Shown here: positions 1 through 13,034 of the stretch, piece after piece | Position numbering within the stretch: position 1 is the first letter of the stretch | Layout: each line of letters starts with the position of its first letter | NCBI GenBank assembly: GCA_964016885.1 | Contig: OZ024743.1 | Location: 267,902,001-267,966,000 of the forward strand | Source: Eledone cirrhosa | Taxonomy: Eukaryota | Direction: 5' to 3' | DNA length: 64,000 nucleotides | The notes under the pieces: generated by a model | Database searches by the model: none | The model's input: only the letters and a program-made list of their open reading frames with translations | What the model was told of the DNA's origin: nothing | Made by a program: the position numbers and the translations under genes

Positions 1-268
1 TAGGTGACAGTGGATCTCCCTGCCCATCACATCATGTCTCCAGCCCTTATAGTGAGTCTGGGCTAGGTGTTTACACTCGGATACAATGTGAGACACAGTC
101 TCCTCTCTCTCTCCACAGATCCTGCACAGTGGGCTAGCCTCCTCCTTGTAAATATGGTGTTTCAAACCACTTCATTTTGAGGGCCTGCTCCTGCGCAGCC
201 ATTAACATTCCTTCTGTAGCGTTTTTAAGGTCTCCTCTTTTTAACCAGTTCCTTGTCTGTGGATCTCT
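1..268 (-). mobile_element. 5'-truncated Dong/R4-like non-LTR retrotransposon fragment (CCHC region), different family from 319-2856; runs off window start
   Basis: Manual minus-strand translation: WLKRGDLKNATEGMLMAAQEQALK..(frameshift)..KHHIYKEEASPLCRICGEREETVSHIVSECKHLAQTHYKGWRHDVMGREIH. This is homologous to WLASSGLKSETEGLIISAQDQ...PLCRVCKKQPETIDHIISMC...RHD of the 684-aa ORF. Abuts (TTA)n at 271. Confidence 0.88.
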
Positions 269-270
269 AA

Positions 271-278
271 TATTATTA

Positions 279-318
<40 letters not shown>
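271..318. repeat. (TTA)n microsatellite, target/3' flank of Dong-like element
   Basis: Direct sequence. Confidence 0.95.
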
Positions 319-319
<1 letters not shown>

Positions 320-2853
320 TGCATTTATCTTGCTTTATGTTTATACGAGTTATCACCAAGTCACAACCAGTGACCTCAAGAGACAACAAGGTCCGCCATG
401 TTCAAGAAAGAACACACATATTCACACATGCATCCTTAGTGTTTAGACTTGTGATGTACTTATATTGACAGGATCTTCCTTAGTATATGGGCAGTTCCCA
501 TTAGTACTATCTTTTGTATTTCTCCTATACGCGGGTTTCCTGGGATTTGCGATAAGTAGTCGTTAGACCCCTTAGGTATCATTCCCAGAGCGCCTACAAC
601 CACTGGTATTGTTTTAGTTCTCAATTTCCACATTTTTCCAATTTCTATCTCCAGGTCCTTATACTTGCTCAATTTTTCAAATGTTTTTATAGATACATTC
701 TTGTCTATTGGAACAGACATATCAATTAGCAGGCATACCCTCCTTTGAAAGTCCTTCAATATTATATCAGGTCTATTTGCATCTATTTTTCGGTCTGTTT
801 GGATGCTAAAGTTCCACAAGATTGAGATGTGATCGTTTTCAAGTATGGGAGGTGGTTGATGCTCCCACCAATTCTTTTGATGGGGCAGGTCAAAATGCTT
901 GCACATTATCCAATGTATGTATTGTGCAGCTCTGTCATGCCTGTTTAGGTATTCGGTTGGAGCTATAGGACTGCACATTGAAATTATATGGTCAATGGTC
1001 TCTGGTTGTTTTTTGCATACACGGCATAATGGGCTGCACCCATTTTTTATTATGTTGGCTTGGTAATTTTTTGTTGGCAGACACTGATCTTGTGCGGATA
1101 TAATCAGTCCTTCAGTCTCCGATTTCAGTCCAGAGGATGCCAACCACTGATGGGTTAAAGAATTGTCAACATCAGGATTGTTAGCTCGCTCTGGGTATTT
1201 TCCATACAGAGGCTTTTCTTGCCATTTCTTAGCCAGTTTCTGTAGCAGTTCTTTCTTTGCAGTTACTTTTACCTGCTTTGCTTTTTCTGTGTTTTCCATT
1301 TCAGCAGTAAATGGGACTTCTGAAATTTGTAGTCCATTACTGTATCTTTGTGCATCTTTTGTAATGGAATATGATCTTTTGGTGCTTTCGTGTTTCAAAA
1401 CGAGTTTGATCATCCAATCATGTGATTCCCTTAGATATGTGGATAATCCAATTGTTGCAGTTTTCAACGCAATGTCTAACTGGATTAACCCACGTCCTCC
1501 TTCTTTCCTAGGGAGATATATTCTATCTATGTCTGCCTTAGGGTGATGCATTCTGTGCATGGTTAAGAATTTTCGGATTTTTGTATCGAGCCTACGGATC
1601 TCTGTGCTTGACCAGTTGATGACATTGTAACTGTAGGTTACTACTGGTATGGCAAGCGTGTTTATGGCATCGATCCTATTCCTTGCATTCAATTCCGTTC
1701 TTAAGATTGCTCTGACTCTGCGGTAACATTCCTTCCTTATCCTTTCCCTCATTGTCGAGTGCTTTATTCCGTCTCCTTCACAAACACCTAGATATTTGTA
1801 AGTTTGTTCTTGATCAAGCTCTCTTATCACGTTCCCCCGATCAAGATTAATGTCTGAACTCTTCAGCAGCTTTCCTCTGGTGAACGTTGCTTTGGCGCAT
1901 TTATCCAGTCCAAACTCCATTTTAATGTCATCACTGAACTGCTTCACAGTGGATAATAGCCCTTGCAATTGTTCATCATTTTTTGCAAATAGTTTCAGGT
2001 CATCCATGTAGAACAGGTGATTAATGGTTTTGTCATAGACTCTATATCCATGTTTTGTTTCATTGAGCATTTTACTTAATGGTATAAGTGCGATGCAGAA
2101 TAAAAGCGGTGATAAAGAGTCACCCTGAAAAATTCCACAATTAATGTTAACTTCTCCAGCTTCCAGTGATTTTGTTTCACTATTCAAAAGGAGTGTCGTT
2201 CTCCATGTCCTCATACTGAATGACAAAAACCTCCTGATAACGGGGGATATTTTGAAAATCTCTAAACATTTTTCAATCCAACTGTGTGGCAAACTATCAA
2301 ATGCTTTTTTATAATCTATCCAAGCAATCGATAGATTTTTGTGTCTATTATGACAATCTTCCAGTATCATTTTGTTAACCAGAAGCTGATCCTTACAGCC
2401 ATATGAGCCTCGTTTACACCCTTTCTGCTCAATGGGAAATAGGTCATTTGTTATCAGGTGGTCATATGTGTATTCAGTTAGGACTGATGTTAAAATTTTA
2501 TACATTGTGGTCAAGCAGGTTATCGGTCTGTAATTTTTGGGATTGTTTGTCTCATCATTCTTCGGTAGCAGGAATGTAATGCCGTTAACTAGCCATGATG
2601 GTATCTTTTCTGGCTCCTTAACTATTTCATTGTAAAGTTGGGCTAACAGCTCATGAGACTCTGTGAAGGCATTTATCCAAAAGTTTTGTATTTTGTCTTT
2701 TTCCTGGGGATTTCCATTTGCTGGTTTTTCTTAGAGCCAAGCGCAGCTGTTCAACTGTTATATTTTCCCATGTTTGTTCTTCAAGGTGAGCTGTTTCTTT
2801 CATTTGTCTGTCTATCCATGGGGCATGTATGTTATGAACTTTTTTTTTATAAC

Positions 2854-2856
<3 letters not shown>
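319..2856 (-). mobile_element. 5'-truncated Dong/R4-clade non-LTR retrotransposon, inserted in (TAA)n
   Basis: RT+CCHC+RLE ORF, ~140-nt 3'UTR ending in (TAA)n, and (TTA)n on both flanks (271-318, 2857-2922). Highly similar to the copy at 17851-21786. Confidence 0.93.
460..2700 (-). CDS. Non-LTR reverse transcriptase with CCHC zinc knuckle and restriction-like endonuclease (C-terminal part; frame open upstream of ORF-track start 2514 to ~2700)
   Basis: Motifs NYRPITCL, WIDYKKAFDS, GIFQGDSLSPLLF, LFYMDDLKL, YKYLG, RKEGGRGL, CRVC-x7-H-x4-C, RHD, RPDII..LIDMSVP, KLSKYKDL, PVVVGALG. Confidence 0.95.
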   Translation of the reverse strand, partial: KDKIQNFWINAFTESHELLAQLYNEIVKEPEKIPSWLVNGITFLLPKNDETNNPKNYRPITCLTTMYKILTSVLTEYTYDHLITNDLFPIEQKGCKRGSYGCKDQLLVNKMILEDCHNRHKNLSIAWIDYKKAFDSLPHSWIEKCLEIFKISPVIRRFLSFSMRTWRTTLLLNSETKSLEAGEVNINCGIFQGDSLSPLLFCIALIPLSKMLNETKHGYRVYDKTINHLFYMDDLKLFAKNDEQLQGLLSTVKQFSDDIKMEFGLDKCAKATFTRGKLLKSSDINLDRGNVIRELDQEQTYKYLGVCEGDGIKHSTMRERIRKECYRRVRAILRTELNARNRIDAINTLAIPVVTYSYNVINWSSTEIRRLDTKIRKFLTMHRMHHPKADIDRIYLPRKEGGRGLIQLDIALKTATIGLSTYLRESHDWMIKLVLKHESTKRSYSITKDAQRYSNGLQISEVPFTAEMENTEKAKQVKVTAKKELLQKLAKKWQEKPLYGKYPERANNPDVDNSLTHQWLASSGLKSETEGLIISAQDQCLPTKNYQANIIKNGCSPLCRVCKKQPETIDHIISMCSPIAPTEYLNRHDRAAQYIHWIMCKHFDLPHQKNWWEHQPPPILENDHISILWNFSIQTDRKIDANRPDIILKDFQRRVCLLIDMSVPIDKNVSIKTFEKLSKYKDLEIEIGKMWKLRTKTIPVVVGALGMIPKGSNDYLSQIPGNPRIGEIQKIVLMGTAHILRKILSI

Positions 2857-2922
<66 letters not shown>
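2857..2922. repeat. (TTA)n microsatellite
   Basis: Direct sequence. Confidence 0.95.
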
Positions 2923-2923
<1 letters not shown>

Positions 2924-3140
2924 GTTCTTTGAGTCTCAGTCATTGATGTTATTTAACTGGAAAGTTTGTTGAAATGAATATCAAGCCACTACCTGCAGCC
3001 TCAGATATTCAGGACGTATCGGAGGGTTCTTGCTGTTCCCAGCAAGCATGCCTTTTGAAGTGTTCCAAAAAGCGGGGCGGGACCAATTTTCTTTAACCAT
3101 TCTTGGAAACTCTTTTAGATAATACCTAGTGCGCCTATAT
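2923..3140 (-). mobile_element. Extreme 3' end of another Dong/R4-like family (RLE C-terminus and short 3'UTR)
   Basis: Minus translation IIIGALGII*KSFQEWLKKIGPAPLFGTLQKACLLGTARTLRYVLNI* (stop at ~3001) aligns with VVVGALGMIPK...IQKIVLMGTAHILRKILSI*. Flanked by (TTA)n on both sides. Confidence 0.85.
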
Positions 3141-4428
3141 TATTATTATTATTATTAATATTATCATCATTATTATTATTATCATTATTATTAACACGGT
3201 GAAAAGGCTGTGTCGGTAAAGCATCCGACAGCATGCTTTGTTGCTGGGGTGGATAAAATAGCACACCATTAACACACTGGGGTCGATGTTATCGACTTCC
3301 CATCCACAAAATTGTTGGGCTTGTGCCTAAATCAGAAACAAATAATTTTATTATTATTCTTTTTATTATCGATACTATTATTATTAACATCATCACCATC
3401 ATTATCACTTCTATTGCCTCACCGTCGTTATTCATATCAAAATGTTTTTGGAGAGAAGTGTTTCCAAGCGAACGAGTGACAGACGTACACACACGAACTC
3501 AAACACACACACACACACGCACACACACACACACATACACTCACATACAACCATACACACATGTACATCTAGGCTATTAAAAGAATATCTTTATATAATA
3601 ATTTAATATGACGTTAAAATAAATCGCATTGCATAAATATCAAGGCAGCACCAAGGGTAATAATAAACAACATCATTGGGCTTGATTCTAGCATATATAT
3701 AGCCGAAATGAATTGACATTGCTCTGCATATGTCATCGTAGCTTTCAGTATAATCTTTATTTCTCAACAGTAACCACTCTTCCCTGTGTCGTCACAGATT
3801 GTATTCGGTTTCTCTTCCTTTATTTTTTTTCTTTTCAACAGACGTTATCAAAAGAATATATATATATATGAAAATAGGGAGAAAAAGATGATTATTAGGA
3901 AGAAAAAAAATTTGTTTTTCCTTTAATTTTTCCTTTTCTCCCTTTCTTCTGGGTTAGAAAATGTTTAAAACGAAATATTTTACTTTGTGTGAAGTGTTAA
4001 GGTATTAGTTAATTTATTTATTTTTTTACAATTGCATTTATTTATTGATATATTTAATAATTGTCTATAACCGGTTTCAGCATGTTATGCATTATCAAAG
4101 GGGGGGGGGGGATTTGTATTGGTGTAAAATGTTGGAGAGAAAATAATGTGATGTTGAGCATGTTAAGGAAATGGGAAAGAAAGAATAATATTATTTACAA
4201 ACAAGGTTTTTGAAGTAAAAAGAAAAAAGAAAAAATATAGTGATGTGGAACATGATAAGGTAATGGGAAAGAAAGAATGATATTATTTACAGGCATAGTT
4301 CTTGTGGATAAGCAGTTCAAAATGTGTTTATATATATATACGTGTGTGTATGGATGTATGTATACTGGATACATAAAACAAACACCAAAACACTAGCAAA
4401 CACACTCATTTATATATATATAAATATG

Positions 4429-4472
<44 letters not shown>

Positions 4473-4525
4473 TATATATATTATTCAAAATTTTAATAAA
4501 TGAAAAATATTCGCCTAATCAAAAT

Positions 4526-4594
4526 ATATACTTTATTATATATATTTCAAAGGTACTGTGATATTTCAGTATGTTTTCATCAGACAAAATATAT
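4526..4594 (-). ncRNA. Type I minimal hammerhead ribozyme (inverted copy)
   Basis: Reverse complement keeps CTGATGA...GAAA-TATATA-TA and stem I; 2 transitions relative to the + copy. Confidence 0.78.
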
Positions 4595-4693
4595 GATTTG
4601 ATATATGACATACCACTACGGTCTTGATTATTCAATTCCAGTATTCCAATACTGGAATTGAATAATCAAGACCTTAGCGGTATGTCATATATC

Positions 4694-4762
4694 ATATATT
4701 TTGTCTGATGAAAACGTACTGAAATACCACAGTACCTTTGAAATATATATAATAAAGTATAT
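4694..4762 (+). ncRNA. Type I minimal hammerhead ribozyme
   Basis: ATATATTTTGT-CTGATGA-AAACGTACTG/aaatacca/CAGTACCTTT-GAAA-TATATA-TA^ATAAAGTATAT. Stem I has 11 pairs including 2 G-U, loop III is palindromic, predicted cut after 4751. Confidence 0.82.
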
Positions 4763-4896
4763 ATTTTGATTATGTGAATATTTTTCATTTGTTAACATTT
4801 TGAATATTAAAAACTCCAGGAAAAACCCTTGTTGAGTGCTTCTAATCTATTGTAAAATTGTATTCGTTGAGTAATCAACGAACCATACTAATCTTT

Positions 4897-4945
<49 letters not shown>

Positions 4946-5009
4946 CATATAGATATAAGAGAAATATGCGACCATATGCGAATATGTATATAGTTAGATT
5001 ATGTTTGAT

Positions 5010-5106
<97 letters not shown>

Positions 5107-6966
5107 ACTGATATGTTGCATGTGGTCATATATGTGGGCACGTACAAGAAATTTCAGCTGACCGACTATTGCTTTCGAAATATGTTAGGGAGAGTACTCA
5201 AGAAATATCACTTGATGAAATATAAATACGATATATAAAAAGATAGAGTGAATATGAAGCTATACTTTGCAAACATTAGAAAGAGAAAAACATCTAAATT
5301 TGGGGGTATTAAGACATTTTAATCAGCAATAAAATGAAGTCACTTCTCCTCAAATGTTCTTGTTTTTGATTTTGTGTTGAAAACAATAAAAACAACAAAG
5401 TAATAATAATAGTTTAAATAATATGTTAGTCAAGGTGAAAAATAGTAAAGAACTGAATAGACATGTAAACAAATGATCACACTGATAATTTCATTTTTTA
5501 ATATCGTGCATGCAGCTTGCCATATATCGTAGTAAATTTGACAAGGTAATATATTCTTTAAGAGAAATGGGAATAGAAAGTCTCCTTGGAGTATACTCCA
5601 GTTGCTGTTGATTTAAAATGAATCAGCTCGCTACTAACTTGTTAACAGAATTATTCAAAGTTGGAATATATCATATCTATCTCTTGACAAAAGTCATAAT
5701 TGTCCAATTACAGAGATCTAACATGTGTTTACATGATGCTGCGTAGCATTTAAATCATTTACTATGATTTATGTAAAGATATAATTTAGACACTCTGTAG
5801 TTGATTTACTTGCTGCTAATACTATATAATGATTTCTATGCAATCTATGTAACCTACTCTCTCGAATGTTTCAATTCACAGTTTTATATAAAATGTGGAC
5901 CATTGCGTGGCTTTAATTTTCACCAGATATTGGATGGCAGAATATATCTGTCGTTCGGTTTATCCATCATTAGGTTATTTGGTATCCTTAGGGGAATCTA
6001 CGCAGTTGTAAGCATTTAAGCCATTTTAAAGATAAATTCTCCTTCATTTAATTTGGTTGTTTCTGATGCATTTCCTACTCAGATTAAGCAATAAAAATAC
6101 ATTGTCTCCCATTCTTAAACTAAAGCGATGTCGATTCATGTGGTAGAGCACTTGTCACTGTAGCGCTATTCATATATACCTGTGTAGAAAGAACAAGGAA
6201 AATTGGTGTTCAAACTCCCTTACAAGACTACCATCAAATAATGTGGAGGGGATTTATGACCTCTAACTGAAAAGGAGATTTTTCCTTACTGCAACTTATA
6301 CTCTAGAGAATCTAATGAGGTTGAGGTATTTGTTTACATATACGAAACCAATGGTAATGCAAGAAGAAGTCCAGATGGAATTACCTTTATTTTGAATTAC
6401 ACTTCTTTTGATTCCGACTTACTTTCAGATGCATGCTCACAAACCACTCTATGTATACAGGCGTGCGTGAATATGTATCTATAAATGTAGATAAGAACGG
6501 CAATTGCCCGAATCTGATCGTAAATGTACTTAAAATTATGCAGGAACACGATGAAATGTAATAATAGCCTAACCAACTAAGATATACTTGTGCCTATCAA
6601 CGAGAATCTCAGTCTAAATGCTATCAAAGTAAGATACGTGTATACGTTATCAAGACTGTCAAATGTCTCAATCGGTAAGCAAAGCTCTCACAAAATCAAA
6701 TCCCAATATGAAAATATAAACTGATCGTATATATATATATATATATATATAATTTCAGCGAGATCGAATTTAGGTAGTGGTCGAAAATAAAGCGAAACGC
6801 AATATCCGAGTTATGCGGCAAGCGCTCCATGGATTAAAAAAAGACCAGAGCAATAAACATAGAGGCCAAAAAAACTGAGAATGGCGATCAAGAATCCATC
6901 AGCCAGCTAAGCCAAAAAAACGAAGCGAGCGAAACATGTCAATCAATATATATATATATATATATA

Positions 6967-7164
<198 letters not shown>

Positions 7165-9216
7165 TACATGCATATAAAATGAGAGAACCCATCGCTAGAA
7201 CACCCGTTAAAATAGCTAAATGTTGTCAAAGAGAGTGATGGGCAAAATGCCTCAGAGGACAGAGACCAGCACCCAATGGTCAACAGAGAGACAATCCTCA
7301 AGGAGGGTGACAGGCGAATCAAATATAGAAAATATTGAGAGAGGAGAACAAAAGAGAAGTGGATTGGCGCACAGAAGTGACCGGACGAGGAAATAAAGAA
7401 AGGCGATGTACAAGACCAGTTTACACACGCATATCACCTTCATCAGCTCTCAAACCAATAACATTGTTTCGCACGATTTAATATATATACATATATATAT
7501 ATATATATACGTATATATATATATATACTAATTTATGCAAGCAAGTTTGTATATCAATACATGTATATATATACATATATGTATGAATACATGAATATAA
7601 AGAGCTGGGAAGAAAGACAGAGGGAGAAAAGGGAGAAATGTATAGATATATAATTAGAAATATTTGTGTGCAATGGTCTCAATTTATAAACTGTTAAAAT
7701 GGTAATGTTGATCTAACAGGCAATATCTCCAATTCTTCTGTGGTTATTTCGAACTGAATGCATTTGGCACTTCTTCAAATGTACGCATAGCAATAATTTA
7801 GTTTCTTTCTGCGGGAGATGATGCAGCTATTGTAGTTGTGAATTGACTTGTGGTCTCCGAATACATGTGTAGTTAAACACCTATTTTCAAAGTGAAATTC
7901 AACCTGTTGATAGAAGGGTATTTTAAATGAGAATTCTTCATAAACCAGCGTGAATATCTGAGATGCTTTTGTTTGACAACGATATCGGACATTTTAATCT
8001 ATTTTTAAGAGCCATAAAGATAATGTTATTGAATATTATAGACTAAAGATAATGATGTAGGATAAAGCCAATCAGTTTAATTACATGATGTATGTGATAA
8101 GATGATAGGAGACAGGATCTGTATGCGAATTATCAGTGATATAAAATGATATCAAACGGGTTTAATAGTTAATGTGGAAGAGATTATATGATAAATCCGT
8201 TCTCTAGAATTATATCTTTACAAGTAGACTTACGAATACGCACATATATATTGACATCCTTCTATATATGTTTCCATTTTAAAAAGATGTATCACATATT
8301 TACTCCAAGCTCTGATGAATAATTAACTGAGCTTGTTTTGTCTGTCAATCCAAGACGAAATGTATTCTCTCTAAGTAACAGAATATTTATAAGATCTACA
8401 GGACAAAGAACTTATTTACGCAGCTTGGAATATGCATAGAATCGATTATATTCATCTTCCGAATGCCTCGCGAGAATTCATCTCCACGTGAATTGGCAGA
8501 ATCATTAGATCGCAAGACAAAATGAATTTTGCAATTTCTCCTGCTCCCTGCGATCTAATCTCAAATTCAGCAGGTGTCAACTGGGTATTTCATCTTTCAG
8601 ATGTCGATAAAATAATTTCTGGAAATGTTAGGGCGTCGGACGAGATATCTTGCAATATTTGTTCTAGCTATTATTTTTCGGATTTCAAATCCTACTGTAG
8701 CCAACTTAATCCTTAGATATACAACGTTGCAAGGTTTAACACCAGCGACTTGAATGTCTTTAGCGAATAAACTGTGTTACAACGGATTGGGCCAGGCTAC
8801 CGGTTTGATGATACCTTCCTCCCATATGTATCTATCTTGGACGTCGTCACAATGTTCATGGGTACTGCAGTTTCCTCTTCAAACGGAAACGAAGCTCTTC
8901 CAAATTGAATTTTAAAAGTGGAAAACTACTTATTAAAGCAAAAATAAAATAATGTGTGTGTTTTATCAATATTTTTAGTGAGTAATCTCTATATGCAGAA
9001 CGAATTCTTTTTAAATCAGACCTCTATAAATTGCATACTGGATAATATTGACAAACTCCAGGTGAGATTGATTGCCAGGGTTCGGCACCTTCTTTTCGTA
9101 TCAATGATGTGAGTGAATATGTACTTCGTGTGATATTTGAGCACTGTATATCCACCGAAGTTGGTAAATTTATTATAGATAAGAACATTTAATACTATAA
9201 GTATAATATATACGAA

Positions 9217-9308
<92 letters not shown>

Positions 9309-9824
9309 GTGTCCGATGTAATATTATGTCAGTTGTTCTGAGATAGAACTGTAAGTACCACCGATACGGGTAACGTGTTTGTAGTTGTAACAAAAATACA
9401 GAAAAAATATCAAGTACATTTTATCAACACACGTCATGTTTATGACTTTCTTTTACACCGTCCCCTAAAACTAAAAATCTTTTTTTTTTGTAATTTCTGC
9501 TCTCCTCTCAAACAAACTAGGCTCTTAATTTGCTTACTATAGGAATTATTCCTCAACTCTCTCTTTTCTATATATTGACCCTTTTTCTTTTATAATTATT
9601 TAATTTTCTAAATATGTTATCACATTCCAACCTCCATCTAATTTTTACTACATTTCCCAATAATTGTATTCATTCTTTGAGGCATCGTCAATGGAAACCG
9701 ATTGTATTTATAATTGTTTTGTTATTGTAGTCTCAAGATATATTCTAAGAAGAATTTATTTCACTTCTCCGAAATACTCACAAACAAGGATTAAGTCAGG
9801 ATGCGTGTGTTTATAAAAAAAAAG

Positions 9825-10014
9825 ATAATTGTTTCGACTTTTGGCACAAGGCCAGCAATTACCTAGTACATTACTGGTACTTTATTTTATCGACCCCGTA
9901 AGGATGAAAGGCAAAGTTAACCTTGGCGGGATTTGAACTCAGACCATAAAGGGCCGTAACTCTTTGCTGTAAAGCATTGCGTCCGACTCTCTTCTGATAC
10001 TGCCAATCCACCGC
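9825..10014 (-). mobile_element. tRNA-derived SINE family 1 (Nin/Deu-like central domain)
   Basis: A-box-like TGGCAGTATCAG, B-box GAGTTCAAATCC, central GCCTTTCATCCTTACGGGGTCGATAAAAT.AAGTACCAG, flanking TATAAAAAAAA duplication; multiple copies in window. Confidence 0.85.
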
Positions 10015-11679
10015 TGTATAAAAAAAATAATAATGTTAGTATGTTCACCATGGTTGCTCAATGCACTCGGTTAGAAATTGATGCCCGCAAAGTTCTATCT
10101 CAGGTGTTTCCATGCTAATTTAGGAAGTAGCATATGTTTGATGCAGTTTATGCTAAATATAGTTTGTGCAAGGGAGGATAAAATAAATAAAATACATTTA
10201 TTGAATTTTCAATAGGGAATGTGTTGTGATTATTGTGTTGTGTGAGAAAAATATTGATTTAAAAATGGTTTTAAATGATATGGACTAGAGGGGTGGAAAC
10301 CTAGTCAAACGGAAAACTGATAAATTTCGTGAATTTTATTTTATATGTTTCTATTTCTCTGTGGTTATTAATTGACTTTTACATATAGTATCGAGTCTGA
10401 AAATCTACGAATTTTCACATCATTGGAATGATTTTAAACATCTGCTAAGGCATATTCATTGGATCAGAATATACAACAATTCACGGAAATATTTTCATCT
10501 TGATTGTTTAAGATAATTTTTCGGTGCGATGAAATTCGTGGGGTGTATGTGAGTGACTGCTGGGCTTTCCCTTAGCAGAAGTACAACGAGTCTTTGTGAT
10601 TAAATATGTTGTCGACAAAGTAGATTATCTTAGAGTTGGTCATAAGCGTATTTTTTAAGCTTAATTCTTTGAAGCAATTGCAAAGTTCGTTTCTAAATCA
10701 ATGTCTTTCGAATAGTAATATTTGAGGGTAAATAGAGCTGTCCTCGGTAAAATCCTTTTCGAATATATGGTAGATTGAATATAAGGGATTTAGTATATAT
10801 AATCCATCCATCTAATTTTGTAAAGTCGGTTTATCCATATGTTTATACCGTTGAATAAAATGGATTTCCTTGCGTGTAGAGAATTATTAATTCCAGAAGG
10901 AATAATGGAGAGGCGCCTTTTATGATGTTGAATATATCCATCATGAAACTCGCAGAGAGAGAAGGATGGTAATACGTAATGCCAAATTGGATCTCTTTTC
11001 AAGCATCCTTGGCTGAAAAAACTGGGAGTTAAACAGAATTATTATTATTATTTTTTTTTTTTTAGCTAATTAGAAAACTGGCTTAAGGTTCCTTACTATA
11101 TGCTCAGGAATGTACTTACTGATAATCTAAATATCTCTTTTGGTTGGGTTAATATATATAGTTGACGTGTTGCTTTAAAAACTATACTTAGGATCATTGA
11201 AAGTAAAGTACGTGGTTCACCTTGCTAAAATTGCTACTTAATACTGCTGTTCTCTTTTTGCTTTCGTATTCATGCTATTTAGTATTATAAACTTTACTTT
11301 ATTTTTATATCTATGTTAATATTATCGTTAAAGTATAAATTGGAAATAAAAACAGGTAAGTTTATCAATTTCATTGATACGGATTGTATGGCAATGTTGT
11401 TGTTCGCATTAAATATATTCATTTTTTATTTCATGTCTTCCTGGAATTGTTTTATGGTGCATTTGAACTTAATGTTCTGCAAAATATAGAACTATTTGTG
11501 AAAAAAATAAATACATGGATATAAATAATGTTAGATACATATTGGAAAGGAGTGGGAGATAGATGAACAGTGGGGGAGTAAAGCGAGAAAAGGAAAGAAA
11601 TATCTAGTGATGTATTAGGGAATAAAGATGAAACAGGGACGTGGTGGATATGTTGTCAACAGTGTATATGAATATAGTC

Positions 11680-12545
<866 letters not shown>

Positions 12546-12546
12546 A

Positions 12547-12681
12547 AACGGAGGAAGTGTGGTAAGGAACCAGATGGACCATAACGCACCAGAGTACTCA
12601 ATACTTAGGGTAGTAGAGTGGGTAATCGGAAAATGTTTAACCCCGACGGCAGAGCTTAAGTCGTTTCGACGGCTATTTCTG

Positions 12682-12685
<4 letters not shown>
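12547..12685 (-). mobile_element. (TA)n-embedded short element family B
   Basis: Homologous to 16573-16733, 29967-30177, 30227-30354 and 59598-59726. Shared 3' terminus ..TATGGTCCA(T/C)CTGGTTCCTTACCAC..CCTYCGTT then (TA)n. Confidence 0.8.
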
Positions 12686-12744
<59 letters not shown>

Positions 12745-12765
12745 TGGATATATATAGATATATAT

Positions 12766-12855
<90 letters not shown>

Positions 12856-12951
12856 GGTTGTATAGGTGCATAGATAGCTAGAACAAGAACATTTGAAGCG
12901 TAATACAAATGGCGAAAGTGAGAGAGCGAGAGGGGGAGGGAAAGAGAGAGA

Positions 12952-13029
<78 letters not shown>
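12686..13029. repeat. (TA)n-(GA)n-(GATA)n-(GA)n compound microsatellite
   Basis: Direct sequence. Confidence 0.95.

Positions 13030-13034
<5 letters not shown>

Larger units (their letters stand above)
4482..4900 (+). mobile_element. Fold-back hammerhead element, family A (Penelope-like 3' end with inverted copy), between (TA)n tracts
   Basis: ~160-bp inverted arms (4482-4645 / 4648-4806) with a 2-nt spacer, plus a unique tail 4807-4900 running into (TA)n. The tail is homologous to 61522-61607 (ACTCCA..CTTGTTGAGTGCTT..TCGTTG..CAAC). Confidence 0.8.

Noticed and set aside
1163-1546. 127-aa plus-strand ORF, also at 18666-19049
   Set aside because: Antisense shadow of the Dong RT ORF; conserved only because the copies are similar
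8480-8900. Possible decayed LINE APE N-terminus on minus strand (SLVLNLATL..LEQILQDIS..IILSTSE)
   Set aside because: Too degenerate with multiple stops; needs an HMM search
10550-11030. Possible RT remnant on minus strand (SQGCL..DPI; IIYFVDN)
   Set aside because: Only vague motif resemblance
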